This document shows, piece by piece, positions 8,985 to 19,834 of a stretch of DNA of 64,000 nt; position 1 is the stretch's first letter, and each line of letters opens with the position of its first letter. Under the pieces are notes generated by a model. It was not told the DNA's origin. It ran no database searches and worked only from the letters and a program-made list of their open reading frames with translations. The translations under genes and the position numbers were made by a program. The DNA comes from a virus (Duplodnaviria > Caudoviricetes): the IMG/VR virus record IMGVR_UViG_3300046167_000724; one strand, 5' to 3'.

Positions 8985-10066
8985 TGAAAGTACCTTCGAA
9001 TAAAAAGTTTTTGCACGAGTATCTGAACGCATTTGCACCAGTAGCTCAAGAAACTGAAGGCCAAAAGATTTGGTCTGATTATGTAACTCCATTTGTAGAT
9101 GATATGTATATGGACGCATATGGAACTTCATACGGTGTGCGTTATTCAGCTGGCTCTGGTTATGGTAAAGATACACCTAAGGTTGTAATTGAAGCGCATT
9201 GTGATGAGATTGCATGGATTATTACACATATTGAATCAGACGGGTACATTCGCGTAATGCGCCATGGTGGCTCAGATAATATGATCGCACCTTCAATGAC
9301 CGTAATGGTACATAACGATAAAGGTGAGAAGATTCCAGGTGTATTCGGTTGGCCAGCAATTCATACTAGAACCGCTTCAGTAGAAAAGGGATATGCATAT
9401 CATGAACTATGGGTTGATGTGGGCGCTGATTCAAAAGAAGCTGTAGAAGCTATGGGTATTTTTGCAGGGAACCTAATCACGTTCGATGACGAACTTAAAG
9501 AGATGGGGGACTATTATGTAGGTCGTTCACTGGACAATAAGATTGGTGGATACATCATTGCAGAAGCTGCACGTAGACTTTTTGAAGAAGGTGTAAAGTT
9601 ACCTTTCGATTTATATGTTGTGAATTCAGTACAGGAAGAGGTTGGTTTATACGGTGCAAAAATGATTGCAAAGCGTTTGAATGCTGACATTGCACTTGTA
9701 CACGATGTTTGCCATAACACAAATCACCCTAAAATGAACAAAGCCAAAGATGGTGATGTTAATGGCGGAATGGGACCAGCTCTTGAATACACTGCACAGA
9801 ATCATCGCAAGATTATTCAAAAGTTTATTGATGTAGCAAAAGTAAATGACATCCCCTATCAGCGTCATGTGGGTTCATACGGTAATGATACGATGGCATT
9901 CTTCCTAGAGAATACACCTACAGCAATTGCAGCGACTCCATTGAAATATATGCACTCAACTGTTGAGATGGCACATAAAAATGACGTCAATAATTGTATT
10001 GAATTATTTGTAGAAACACTTAAGTCAATCACACCAGAATTTATTAACGAAGTACACAATAGATAA
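8984..10066 (+). CDS. M42-family aminopeptidase
   Basis: AHCDEI, SLDNK, VQEEVG, DV.H and YMHS metal-binding motifs. Confidence 0.9.
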   Translation: MKVPSNKKFLHEYLNAFAPVAQETEGQKIWSDYVTPFVDDMYMDAYGTSYGVRYSAGSGYGKDTPKVVIEAHCDEIAWIITHIESDGYIRVMRHGGSDNMIAPSMTVMVHNDKGEKIPGVFGWPAIHTRTASVEKGYAYHELWVDVGADSKEAVEAMGIFAGNLITFDDELKEMGDYYVGRSLDNKIGGYIIAEAARRLFEEGVKLPFDLYVVNSVQEEVGLYGAKMIAKRLNADIALVHDVCHNTNHPKMNKAKDGDVNGGMGPALEYTAQNHRKIIQKFIDVAKVNDIPYQRHVGSYGNDTMAFFLENTPTAIAATPLKYMHSTVEMAHKNDVNNCIELFVETLKSITPEFINEVHNR

Positions 10067-10082
10067 TTATAAAATATACATT

Positions 10083-10472
10083 ATGTTAAAAAAACCTGAA
10101 GTAATAAACGCAATTGAATGTGCTGGGTGTAATGTCCCAAAGGGTTGGGGTCATGAAATTGTTTTCGTAAATAATGAATTGTATTGTGGAAAGTTATTAG
10201 TTTTTAAGACAAATGCTAAATTTTCGATGCATTATCATTTAATCAAAGATGAAACATGGTATGTTGAAAGTGGTAAATTTTTATACCGTTGGATTGATAC
10301 TAGTAATGCTGAGGTTAATGAAGTAATTTTAAAAGTTGGTGATACTGTTAGACAACTTCCAGGTCAACCACATCAATTAGAGTGTTTGGAAGAGGGTACT
10401 ATTTTTGAAGTATCAACACAACATTTTGATCATGACTCTTATAGAGTTTGGAGGGGCGATTCGCAAAAATAA
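10083..10472 (+). CDS. cupin, sugar-phosphate isomerase-like
   Basis: KGWGHE...SMHYH..KDETW...H cupin motif. Confidence 0.75.
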   Translation: MLKKPEVINAIECAGCNVPKGWGHEIVFVNNELYCGKLLVFKTNAKFSMHYHLIKDETWYVESGKFLYRWIDTSNAEVNEVILKVGDTVRQLPGQPHQLECLEEGTIFEVSTQHFDHDSYRVWRGDSQK

Positions 10473-10477
10473 TTAAT

Positions 10478-10861
10478 ATGAAGATTTGGGTTAATGGTAC
10501 ATTTGACGTAATTCATAGAGGTCATATTGAATTACTTACAGCTGCGTCTGAATATGGTGAGCTTATAGTTGGTATTGATACCGATGAAAGAGTTAGGCAA
10601 TTAAAGGGTTCAAGTAGACCATTACATTCTTTGCAAGATAGGTCATATATTATTTCAAAGATTAAAGGTGTTTCAAAAGTTGTTAGCTTTGCGACCGACC
10701 AAGAATTAATAAATCATATAAAAGATATCCAACCCGATTACATGATGGTGGGTTCAGATTATATTGATAAAAATGTTATAGGCTCCGAGCATGCTAAAGA
10801 ATTGATATACTTTAAGAGAATTGAAGGGTATTCATCTACTAAAATAATGAATTATGAATAA
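10478..10861 (+). CDS. rfaE2: D-glycero-beta-D-manno-heptose 1-phosphate adenylyltransferase-like (HldC/RfaE domain II)
   Basis: GTFDVIHRGH HIGH motif, GIDTDERVRQLKG..RP, GSDY, YSST. ATG 10478 preferred over track start 10448. Confidence 0.8.
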   Translation: MKIWVNGTFDVIHRGHIELLTAASEYGELIVGIDTDERVRQLKGSSRPLHSLQDRSYIISKIKGVSKVVSFATDQELINHIKDIQPDYMMVGSDYIDKNVIGSEHAKELIYFKRIEGYSSTKIMNYE

Positions 10862-11606
10862 GGTTATAGTTATTGGAGAATATTGTACTGATAAATTTAT
10901 TTATGGTAAAATAGATAGGTTGAGCCCTGAAGCACCCGTACCGGTTTTATTACCTATTGAAACAACTGAAAACCCAGGTATGGCCGGTAATGTTGCTAGA
11001 AACTTAGAGGCTATTTCAGAATATTCAATAGAACATTTGCATCAAAATGAAGCTATTGTAAAAACAAGATTTGTAGAAAAGAAAACAAATCATATGTTTT
11101 TAAGAGTAGATGAGGGTGAGTCTAAGGCATGCACAAAAATTAATTTAGAACAATTAAATTCAAAGATTAAAAAAGCAAATGCGGTAGTTATTAGCGATTA
11201 CGATAAAGGGTTTTTAGATGTTGATGATATTATTAATATTTCAAAGATTTCTAGTTTTTCAATATTAGATAGTAAAAAGAAATTAAACTCTGATTCAATA
11301 CATCATTTAGATTTTATAAAGTTAAATGAATATGAAGCTAAATTAAACAAAGAACTAATAGCACTGTTTCCAGAAAAATTTATTATTACATTAGGTTCTA
11401 GTGGTGTTTTATATAATGGTGTAATGTATCCTAGTCCAAACCCACAAGAAACAATAGATGTTTCTGGTGCAGGCGACACATTTGTTGCTGGGTTTACTAT
11501 AAAATATTTAGAAACAAATGATGTAGATTTATCTATAAATTATGCAAATAAAATAGCGTCTCAAGTAGTAAGTATGCGAGGCGTAAATATACCAAATATA
11601 AAATAA
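10854..11606 (+). CDS. rfaE1: heptose-7-phosphate kinase-like PfkB protein (HldA/RfaE domain I)
   Basis: RLSPEAPVPV, GMAGNVA.NL, SDYDKG and DVSGAGDTF motifs. Confidence 0.85.
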   Translation: MNKVIVIGEYCTDKFIYGKIDRLSPEAPVPVLLPIETTENPGMAGNVARNLEAISEYSIEHLHQNEAIVKTRFVEKKTNHMFLRVDEGESKACTKINLEQLNSKIKKANAVVISDYDKGFLDVDDIINISKISSFSILDSKKKLNSDSIHHLDFIKLNEYEAKLNKELIALFPEKFIITLGSSGVLYNGVMYPSPNPQETIDVSGAGDTFVAGFTIKYLETNDVDLSINYANKIASQVVSMRGVNIPNIK

Positions 11607-11914
11607 TGTTACCATTCATTTCAATTATAGTAGCGGTTTTAGCAATGATTGCTATGGCGTACACAATTACATCAGACGAGAAATTATACAGGTTCACGTC
11701 AGTGCCTTACAATAAAGACAAACATGCAGTCTTTGAAGTACGTAGTAAAACATATGAGCATGCAAAAGAAGCCGCCATTGAAATGATGGCTATTTATCAA
11801 AGTAAAGTTGGACAACAACTTAGATGGGAATTGATTGAAGAGATTGACCCTAAAACAAAAGAAGTAATGGTAATCATGTATAAATTACCAGAATTAGAAA
11901 AACAAGAAGCTTAA
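11606..11914 (+). CDS. hypothetical protein with N-terminal TM helix
   Basis: 102 aa, hydrophobic N-terminus. Confidence 0.6.
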   Translation: MLPFISIIVAVLAMIAMAYTITSDEKLYRFTSVPYNKDKHAVFEVRSKTYEHAKEAAIEMMAIYQSKVGQQLRWELIEEIDPKTKEVMVIMYKLPELEKQEA

Positions 11915-11919
11915 TCAAG

Positions 11920-12396
11920 ATGCCAGGAAAAAGTATAGACGACAAAACAGTTTGGACAGTTACCACTACAAACGACCCATTTGGAAACCGTTGGGAATCA
12001 CACCCGAATTCAGCAGATTCACAAGTAAAAGATGAATTGGCGCCACAATACGGGACTCCACAAAACATTAGACCGTGGGGTGAATATCGTATCTTGCACA
12101 ATGATGAAAATTGTAAAGTTAAAAAGATTATAGTAAACCCAGGTGGTAAACTATCTTACCAATACCATCATAAACGTAATGAGGTTTGGACAATCATTGA
12201 AGGTACTGGTCAATTTACATTAGATGGTGTTCATACAATTTGTTCAGCAGGTGATACATTAATTATCCCAAGATTTGCGAAGCATATGATTGAAAATCTA
12301 AGCTCGGTACCCTTGACGTTTATTGAGGTACAGCGTGGAACTTATTTTGGTGAAGATGATATTGTTAGGATTGACGATATCTACGGTAGAAGTTAA
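11920..12396 (+). CDS. mannose-6-phosphate isomerase type II C-terminal cupin
   Basis: RPWG.Y, LSYQYHHKRNEVW, EVQRG.YFGEDDIVR..D.YGR. Confidence 0.85.
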   Translation: MPGKSIDDKTVWTVTTTNDPFGNRWESHPNSADSQVKDELAPQYGTPQNIRPWGEYRILHNDENCKVKKIIVNPGGKLSYQYHHKRNEVWTIIEGTGQFTLDGVHTICSAGDTLIIPRFAKHMIENLSSVPLTFIEVQRGTYFGEDDIVRIDDIYGRS

Positions 12397-12400
12397 ATAG

Positions 12401-13152
12401 TTGAATGATATGAAAATAGATAAAGTTTATATCATTACCATTGAACATAGCGAAGAACATTATAATTCTTTAATAGAAAGGCTAGATCAATTAAAATTAC
12501 CAGACGGTATACCTTTTCAAATATGGTCGGGTGTTGAAGGTCGGGAATTATTTAAGACTGAAGAAGGTCGTAAAGATTATGGAATCAAGTTTTATGATAA
12601 GTGGAATATAGGTGGTAATTGGTGGGGTCGTGATGTGACAACCGGAGAGGCCGGTGGCATTTGCTCACACGTTGAAGTCTGGGAAGATGCATATGAAAAG
12701 GGCTATCAAAATGTTTTAATTATTGAAGACGATTTTGAACCAGGCCGGTGTAATTGATTGGAATTGTTTTGATGAGTTACATAATTATGATTATGACCTT
12801 ATATTTTTATCAAGGCTTTTGAATAAGCACCATAAAAATGTATACGATTCTAATGTTGGACTAGACCATTTTGTAAAACCTGGATATTCTTACAATACAC
12901 ACATATACATTATGAGCTACGACGGTATTAAAAAGCTTAAAGAAACCTAACCTTGATATTCTTAGAAATAACATTATAGTTTCAGATGAGTTTTTACCAG
13001 CAACGTACGCTTGGCACCCTAGACAAGATTTAAGAGCGTTGTTTAATCAAAACATGAATGCACTCGCACTTAACTGGGACCCAATCGGCCAATTTCGGTC
13101 AGAAGATAATGGTAATTCAAGCACGAGCCCATTAAAAGGTGTAGATTATTAA
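12401..13152 (+). CDS. GT25-family glycosyltransferase, split by two probable +1 indel errors (~12743, ~12946)
   Basis: GEAGGICSH..VW..A....VLIIEDD, continuing into LFLSR...YNTH.YI.S..G.KKL and SDEF...H.R after frame corrections. Confidence 0.75.
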
Positions 13153-13194
13153 ACAAACAAATGTATTATACATATAATATAAAACGAATAAGCA

Positions 13195-13782
13195 ATGCAA
13201 GTAAATAGTATTTGCGTCGATAATTTTTATAATGATGTCGACGAAGTAAGAAAGATGGCACTAAGCATGGAGTTTGGTGTTAGAGGTAATTACCCCGGTC
13301 AAAGAACAGTTCCAGTAAAAAATGAAAGCGTTAAGAATCTAATTAATAATATTATTAGACCATATGCTGGTGAAATTACAATGTGGGAATCTGAATACAC
13401 TGGGTCATTTCAATATACAACACAGAGAGACCGTTCTTGGGTACATGCTGACCAAACAACCACATGGGCCGGTGTACTATATCTCACACCTGACGCACCC
13501 TTAACCGGTGGTACAGGTTTGTTTAGACATAAAGAAACAGGTCTTGAAATGGCAGCTAGAACACCAACCGGTGAATATGACGACGCAGTTATGTCTGAAA
13601 TCTATAAAGATTCACAAGATATGACAAAATGGGAAATGACAGACTTTGTAGGTAATAAGTACAATAGACTTATTTTGTATAGAGGTGATAATTTCCACAC
13701 ATCACTTGATTATTTTGGTAGAGATATTAATGACGGCCGTTTGTTCAAACGTTTTTCTTTGATACGCAATACTAAGATATGA
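13195..13782 (+). CDS. 2OG-Fe(II) oxygenase-like protein (DUF6445-like)
   Basis: VDNFY...YPG.RT, WVHAD, AGVLYLTP, NRLILYRG..FH.S. A probable 1-nt deletion near 13746 alters the C-terminus (expected FQTFFF). Confidence 0.75.
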   Translation: MQVNSICVDNFYNDVDEVRKMALSMEFGVRGNYPGQRTVPVKNESVKNLINNIIRPYAGEITMWESEYTGSFQYTTQRDRSWVHADQTTTWAGVLYLTPDAPLTGGTGLFRHKETGLEMAARTPTGEYDDAVMSEIYKDSQDMTKWEMTDFVGNKYNRLILYRGDNFHTSLDYFGRDINDGRLFKRFSLIRNTKI

Positions 13783-15078
13783 TTAAGGTAGGTCTTCCAT
13801 CAGCTTTAGTATATGGTCACTCAAAATTTGAGGGCAAATACCATATCAATAGTAATTTATATCATGAAGAAAATCTGCAAGAAAGAGTCGCGGTCTATAT
13901 AAAGTCAGACTCTAAAAAATTTACAGAACATTTTGCAACAGGTAAACCCAGATGTTATTATAACAATTGGCGGTACTCGTGCGTCTTGGGAATGGATTGC
14001 TAGAGAGAGTGGTCAAGTTTTTATATCTAGCAAATGGATTCATTACACTGAAGAGTATAGTGATTTGATAATGGCAAATGATATTGCACGTCAAGGAACT
14101 TATAATGCATGCGAAACAATTGCACTTCCAGACTTCTCAGTTTTTACAGGCGCTTATAAAACAGAGGCTGGTAGAATCAAACGGTCATACAAAAGTTTAG
14201 TCGCACAAACTCACCAAAATTGGGAATGGGTTGTTGTAGATGACTCACCGGAATCGCATACTGAAACCTGGGAAATCCTTAAAGCTTTAGCTAAAACGGA
14301 TTACCGTGTAAAACCACATAGAATCTTTCCAGTTTCAGGTGGTAATATTGGTGAAGTTAAGAATCGGGCAGCTTCACTTTCAAATGGTAAATGGTTGATT
14401 GAAATGGACCATGACGATGCACTGCTCCCAACTTTAATGGAAGAATGTATTAAAGGTGCTGAAATGTATCCAGATGCTGGTTTTATTTACACAAATCCAG
14501 CTGAGCCGTACGAAGATGGTGAAATGCGACAATATACTAAAACAATCGGTGATAGAGATGTATGGTATGCAAACCCTTTAAATACATTTGTATGGGGATA
14601 CGGTGGCCATAGATATACAGAACACGAGGGTATGCAATATGTTGAGCATATTTATCCAGGTATAAACCCAAAGACAATTCGCTTTAATATTGGTATGCCT
14701 AACCACGCAAGAATATGGAGAAGAGATGTATATGAAGCAATTGGTAAACACAATAAATTTATTTCAGTTGCAGACGATTATGAGTTAATTGTAAGAACAT
14801 TCTTGAATACAAGAATGTTGCATATAAACAAAATGCTTTATTTACAGTATAATAATAGAAATTCAACCGTTGATAACAATGCAACGGATATTAATCGCAA
14901 ATCAAGACTCATTAAAGAGTTTTATGATAAACAGATTAAAGAACGCTTTGTAGAATTAGGCGTTGAAGATTGGGAATGGAATGAATCAGACGGTCGTTCA
15001 AACCTATTTCAAAATGATATGGGCCGTCTTAAGTATTTTGAAAAAGAATCAAAGGTAAATTATACAATTTATGAATAA
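13779..15078 (+). CDS. GT2-family glycosyltransferase (probable indel ~13931)
   Basis: WEWVVVDDS, EMDHDD, ADDYEL motifs. Confidence 0.85.
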
Positions 15079-16741
15079 CATAGTTATGGGTCTATCGACA
15101 GGCCATAATAGAGGTGCAGCCATAACAGTAGATGGTGAAATGAAAGTGGCTATTTCTAACGAAAGAATCACACGTGTTAAAACAGATCATTCTGATGAGA
15201 TGCCAATTGAATCTATGAACTATTGTCTAGAAGCATTGGGCATTACATATAATGATGTTGATTTATTTGTATACAATATTACAGAGCCTGAAAACAAAGT
15301 TACTGCTAGTTTTGAAAAGGTTACTGGTCAATCAATAGATAAGCTTAAATTTATACCACACCATATTGCACATGCATATTCAACTTTTGCAGCATCTGGC
15401 TTTGAAGAAGCCGCTGTTGTTGTGGTTGATGCAATGGGTTCTGTCTATAATGATGTAACCCCCATTAAAAAATGGTACCAACTTGATGAATCAGAACTAG
15501 AAGAGGGCCAGCAATGGGCTGAAGGCTATTCAATTTATCAGTTTAAGAAAAATGATATTAACCCACACCCAAAATATAAAAAATGGGTGAGATTTCCATT
15601 TCAAGAGCCATATGAAGGTTCTGTAGGTTACTTTTATGGAATGGGTGCAAAACAACTTGTGTATAATCCTAAGAGTAATACATGGCCAGCAGGTAAGCTA
15701 ATGGGTCTTGCTAGTTATGCGGATCCTAAGTTTGTAGAAGATTTTCCTGATTTTTCTATTAGAACAGAAAATGATTTGCAAGTTCCAGCAACTCCTTTAT
15801 TAGATGATGAAACTAACTGGGAGTCTGATTTTGCGGCTAAGGCTAATGTTGCCGGTCTTTATCAAAGAGAGCAAGAATTAAATTCAATGCACTTAGTAGA
15901 AATGGCTAAAAGGTTAACAGACTCTGATAACATATGTGTTGCTGGTGGTTCATTCTTAAATTGTAATACTAACGAGATGATTATTCGTTCAGGTCTTTTT
16001 GAGAATCAATACTTTATGCCACCTGCAGATGATTCAGGTATTCCACATGGTTGTGCATATGCTGGAGCTGCTTACTTAATGGATGAAATTAGAACAGGTG
16101 ATTGGATGTCAGCATATACTGGTAAAATTTACTCAGATGACGCCATTGAAAAAGCTATTGAATCTTTTGATTTAGTTGACTTCAATAAGATTACTAAGGA
16201 AGAAAAGTATAATTTAGCGGCTCGAATGTTAAATGATAATAAAGTTATTGGCTGGATGCAGAACGGTTCAGAAACAGGCCCTAGAGCTCTTGGTAACCGT
16301 TCAATGCTTGCAAGTCCAAAATCACCATGGATGGTAAACTATATTAACTCAGAGATTAAAAGAAGAGAATGGTACCGCCCGTTCGCACCTTCGGTCTTAT
16401 ATGATAAGCAAGCTGAAATCTTTGAACTTGATACATACTCACCATATATGTTAGTAACAACAATGGTTAAAGAAGAATGGCGAGATAAGATTCCATCAGT
16501 CGTACACCATGACGGTACTTCAAGGTATCAATCGGTGACTAAAGAAAATAATGAAGAGTACTATAATTTAATTAGCGCATTTTACGAAAAGTCAGAAGTG
16601 CCAGTTGTACTTAACACTTCCTTTAACGGTCCTGATGAACCTGTAGTAGAAACACCCGAAGACGCAATAAATTCAATGCTAAAGCATGATTTATACGTTT
16701 TATTTATAAATGATTATATAATTTTTAGAAATGACAAATAA
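15071..16741 (+). CDS. O-carbamoyltransferase (NodU/CmcH family)
   Basis: HH.AHAYS, DAMG, GKLMGLASY, AGGSFLNC, GPRALGNRS, RPFAP, LNTSFN motifs. Confidence 0.92.
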   Translation: MNNIVMGLSTGHNRGAAITVDGEMKVAISNERITRVKTDHSDEMPIESMNYCLEALGITYNDVDLFVYNITEPENKVTASFEKVTGQSIDKLKFIPHHIAHAYSTFAASGFEEAAVVVVDAMGSVYNDVTPIKKWYQLDESELEEGQQWAEGYSIYQFKKNDINPHPKYKKWVRFPFQEPYEGSVGYFYGMGAKQLVYNPKSNTWPAGKLMGLASYADPKFVEDFPDFSIRTENDLQVPATPLLDDETNWESDFAAKANVAGLYQREQELNSMHLVEMAKRLTDSDNICVAGGSFLNCNTNEMIIRSGLFENQYFMPPADDSGIPHGCAYAGAAYLMDEIRTGDWMSAYTGKIYSDDAIEKAIESFDLVDFNKITKEEKYNLAARMLNDNKVIGWMQNGSETGPRALGNRSMLASPKSPWMVNYINSEIKRREWYRPFAPSVLYDKQAEIFELDTYSPYMLVTTMVKEEWRDKIPSVVHHDGTSRYQSVTKENNEEYYNLISAFYEKSEVPVVLNTSFNGPDEPVVETPEDAINSMLKHDLYVLFINDYIIFRNDK

Positions 16742-18017
16742 TATGAAGAAACCAAGTAACATTAAAATCGTATTGAATGCGATGGTTGGTAATGAAGAAA
16801 ACACCATTACTAGAATGCTTGAATCAACGGCGGACTATATTGATTACTATGTAATTCAATGCAACGGTAAAGTTGATAACACTAGAAAAATCATCGATGA
16901 TTTTTATGCTGAAAGAAATATTCCAGGTTTCACTTATGAAATTGATTGGCAGTTCCCAGGTATTAACAGAGACCACACATTACAGACTTGTTTAAAGGCA
17001 GACCACGGTTGTGATTGGATTTTACGTATGGATGCTGATGAGCAATTATTAGTTGATGACACATTTGACTGGACAGTATTTGAAGACCTTTCAATTGATT
17101 CATTTAATGTACCTGCAGATGCTGGTGATTCAATCTACTTTAGAACGTGGATGTGGAACGCAGATAGACCATGGTACTTTACACATGATAAACGCCATGA
17201 AACTATTCACCTTCCAGTAATTGATGAAGGTTTCCAGAGAGTTAGTTTAGACCGTGGATTCAGACACTACATTACAAATGATGGTGAGACATGGGATGCT
17301 CCGATGAAATTCTTAACAGATGCATTAGAACTTGAAAAAGATAAAGTACCGAGCAATTTAGTACTTGAAGACAATTACCACTTATTCTATATTGGTAAAT
17401 CTTATTCAGATTCTTATGGAAATCCAAATGAACTTCCGTTTGGTAAAGAACATGCAGATGAGTATGCACGTCGCGCAATTTTCTATTTTAACATGTATAT
17501 TAATAAACTTCATAATTATAAAGAAACTCAAAGACCGGCAACTGAAGATGATATGGGATATTACGCAATGTATCTAATCGCACGTGCTTATGAGTTTATT
17601 GGTGATAATGAAATGGCATTAGAATGTTACTCAAGGTCTTTAGAATTTAGCCCACGTAGAAACGAGGCTATTTACTCAAGAGCTGAATTGTTTGAAAGAA
17701 TGGGCCAGTATAAAGATATGTTAGCTGAAACTACAATTCTTGTTCATGAAAATAGACCACATCCATTCCCAGAGGTTTCTTTCTTAGTACATAATTCTGC
17801 ATATTATAACACAAACCCATTACCATTATGGTTACACCTTAAAGCGTTAAAAGCTAATGGTATGGATATGACTGCAACTATTACTAGGTTAGAATCATTA
17901 CATTCTGATTTACCAGAATACATTACATCAGTTTATTCTAATATAGAAGATGTGACGGTTTTAGAAGATATTGAAACTGCAAATAAATTATCAGGTGTCT
18001 TTGGAATCACAAGATAA
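16731..18017 (+). CDS. GT2-like glycosyltransferase with TPR C-terminus
   Basis: MVGNEE..I.R.LES, WILRMDADE, HET; TPR-like helices (PRRNEA). Confidence 0.8.
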   Translation: MTNNMKKPSNIKIVLNAMVGNEENTITRMLESTADYIDYYVIQCNGKVDNTRKIIDDFYAERNIPGFTYEIDWQFPGINRDHTLQTCLKADHGCDWILRMDADEQLLVDDTFDWTVFEDLSIDSFNVPADAGDSIYFRTWMWNADRPWYFTHDKRHETIHLPVIDEGFQRVSLDRGFRHYITNDGETWDAPMKFLTDALELEKDKVPSNLVLEDNYHLFYIGKSYSDSYGNPNELPFGKEHADEYARRAIFYFNMYINKLHNYKETQRPATEDDMGYYAMYLIARAYEFIGDNEMALECYSRSLEFSPRRNEAIYSRAELFERMGQYKDMLAETTILVHENRPHPFPEVSFLVHNSAYYNTNPLPLWLHLKALKANGMDMTATITRLESLHSDLPEYITSVYSNIEDVTVLEDIETANKLSGVFGITR

Positions 18018-19107
18018 ATTATATGACTTTGTTATCGTGGGCGCAGGCTTTTATGGCGCCATATGTGCCCACGAATTAACAAAAGCAGGGAAATCTGTAC
18101 TGGTCCTTGAAAAAAGAAACCATATCGGAGGGAACTGTTATACACACAACATTGATGGTGTTCATGTCCATGAATATGGCCCTCATATATTCCACACCAA
18201 TGACCAAAAGATTTGGGATTGGATAAATCAGTTCGCGGAGTTTAACAACTACAAGAACACTCCAGTTGCAAATTACAAAGGTGAAATTTACTCACTTCCA
18301 TTTTCAATGTGGACCTTTAGTCAAATGTGGGGTGTTAAAACTCCAGAGGAGGCTAAGGCAAAGATTGAATCTCAAAGATACGAAGGTAAGGTCTCGAATC
18401 TTGAGGAACAAGCACTTTCGCTAGTTGGTAAGGATATTTATGAGAAGCTAATTAAGGGATATACCACCAAACAATGGAGAAAAGACCCGAAGGAGCTACC
18501 GGCTTCGATTATTAAGAGACTTCCAGTTCGATTTACTTATGACAATAATTATTTCAACGACAAGTATCAAGGTATTCCAGTTGGTGGCTACACTCAAATC
18601 TTTGAACGGTTATTAGATGGTGTAAACATCAAGTTTAACATTGACTACTTTGAAAACAGAGCACAGTGGGACACAATCGCTAAAAATGTAATCTATACTG
18701 GACCTATAGATAAGTTTTTCGATTACGAACATGGTGACCTGGAGTACAAATCTATTCGATGGGAAAACGAATTGATGGACACTGATAACCATCAAGGTTG
18801 TGCTGTTATGAATTATACAGATGTTGAAACACAACATACAAGAGTTATTGAACACAAGTACTTTGACGATCAAAATCAAAAAACTACTTATGTTAGTAAA
18901 GAGTTTCCGCAAGAATACAAAAGAGGTGTTGAACCGTTTTATCCTGTGAATGATGAGACTAATACTGAAATTTATAGAAAGTATAAAGCGAAAGCTGATG
19001 CTATACCAAATATACATTTCGGTGGAAGACTAGCAACTTACAAATATTACGATATGCATCAAGTAATTGCTTCGGCATTGCACGATCTTGAAACAAAATT
19101 AAAGTAA
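18001..19107 (+). CDS. glf: UDP-galactopyranose mutase
   Basis: VGAGFYGA, HIGGNCY, H.YGPHIFHT, YF.D.YQGIP..GY, GRLATYKYYDMHQ. Start TTG 18001 or 17971. Confidence 0.95.
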   Translation: MESQDKLYDFVIVGAGFYGAICAHELTKAGKSVLVLEKRNHIGGNCYTHNIDGVHVHEYGPHIFHTNDQKIWDWINQFAEFNNYKNTPVANYKGEIYSLPFSMWTFSQMWGVKTPEEAKAKIESQRYEGKVSNLEEQALSLVGKDIYEKLIKGYTTKQWRKDPKELPASIIKRLPVRFTYDNNYFNDKYQGIPVGGYTQIFERLLDGVNIKFNIDYFENRAQWDTIAKNVIYTGPIDKFFDYEHGDLEYKSIRWENELMDTDNHQGCAVMNYTDVETQHTRVIEHKYFDDQNQKTTYVSKEFPQEYKRGVEPFYPVNDETNTEIYRKYKAKADAIPNIHFGGRLATYKYYDMHQVIASALHDLETKLK

Positions 19108-19109
19108 TT

Positions 19110-19820
19110 ATGGAATTTATAAACTTAAGAACTAATTATAAACTAGCAACCCCGTTTCCGCATATAGTGATAGATGAACTTATTGACATTGAAGATGCAA
19201 AGCAATGTGTATCTGAAATGAAAAAATATGAGATGTGGGGTCATGACAGCTCTGAATATTCAAAAAAAGCACAAGTAAAAAAATACTTTACACCCTGGTG
19301 TGATGATAACATTGAAGATATTAAAAAACAAATGCCATTAACTTGGAAATATTTACAATTCTTTAACTCACCCGAATTCATTCAACATCTTGAAAACTTA
19401 ACAGGTATTAAAGGTTTGATTGCTGATGATTTATATGAGGGTGGTGGTTGTCATAAAATAGATTCAGGTGGTAGGCTTTCTATTCATACTGATTATGCAA
19501 AGCACCCTAGAAAAGACCTATACCGTAGAATTAACTTGTTATTATATTTAAATGAAGATTGGCAAGATGAATGGGGTGGTACGTTACAGTTATGGAAGCA
19601 TGATATGTCGGAATTAGTATCTGAAGTTCAACCTAAAATGAATAGAGCTGTTATTTTTAATACAACTAGTAAATCATTACATGGTCACCCTAATCCACTT
19701 AATTCACCTGAAGGAGTATCGAGGTATTCTATCGCACTTTACTATTTTACAAAAGAAAAGTTTGAAGATTCAGACGCTATTGCAGCAACTTGGTATGATG
19801 TTGAAACAAAATTAGATTAA
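19110..19820 (+). CDS. 2OG-Fe(II) oxygenase (prolyl-hydroxylase-like)
   Basis: PFPH, GGG.H, IHTD, LLLYLN..W...WGG.L.L, SLHG, RYSIA.YY. Confidence 0.88.
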   Translation: MEFINLRTNYKLATPFPHIVIDELIDIEDAKQCVSEMKKYEMWGHDSSEYSKKAQVKKYFTPWCDDNIEDIKKQMPLTWKYLQFFNSPEFIQHLENLTGIKGLIADDLYEGGGCHKIDSGGRLSIHTDYAKHPRKDLYRRINLLLYLNEDWQDEWGGTLQLWKHDMSELVSEVQPKMNRAVIFNTTSKSLHGHPNPLNSPEGVSRYSIALYYFTKEKFEDSDAIAATWYDVETKLD

Positions 19821-19830
19821 CACATATAAT
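19801..19830 (+). promoter_or_regulatory. class II promoter
   Basis: TTGAAA-N18-TATAAT before ATG 19835. Confidence 0.6.
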
Positions 19831-19834
19831 ACAT

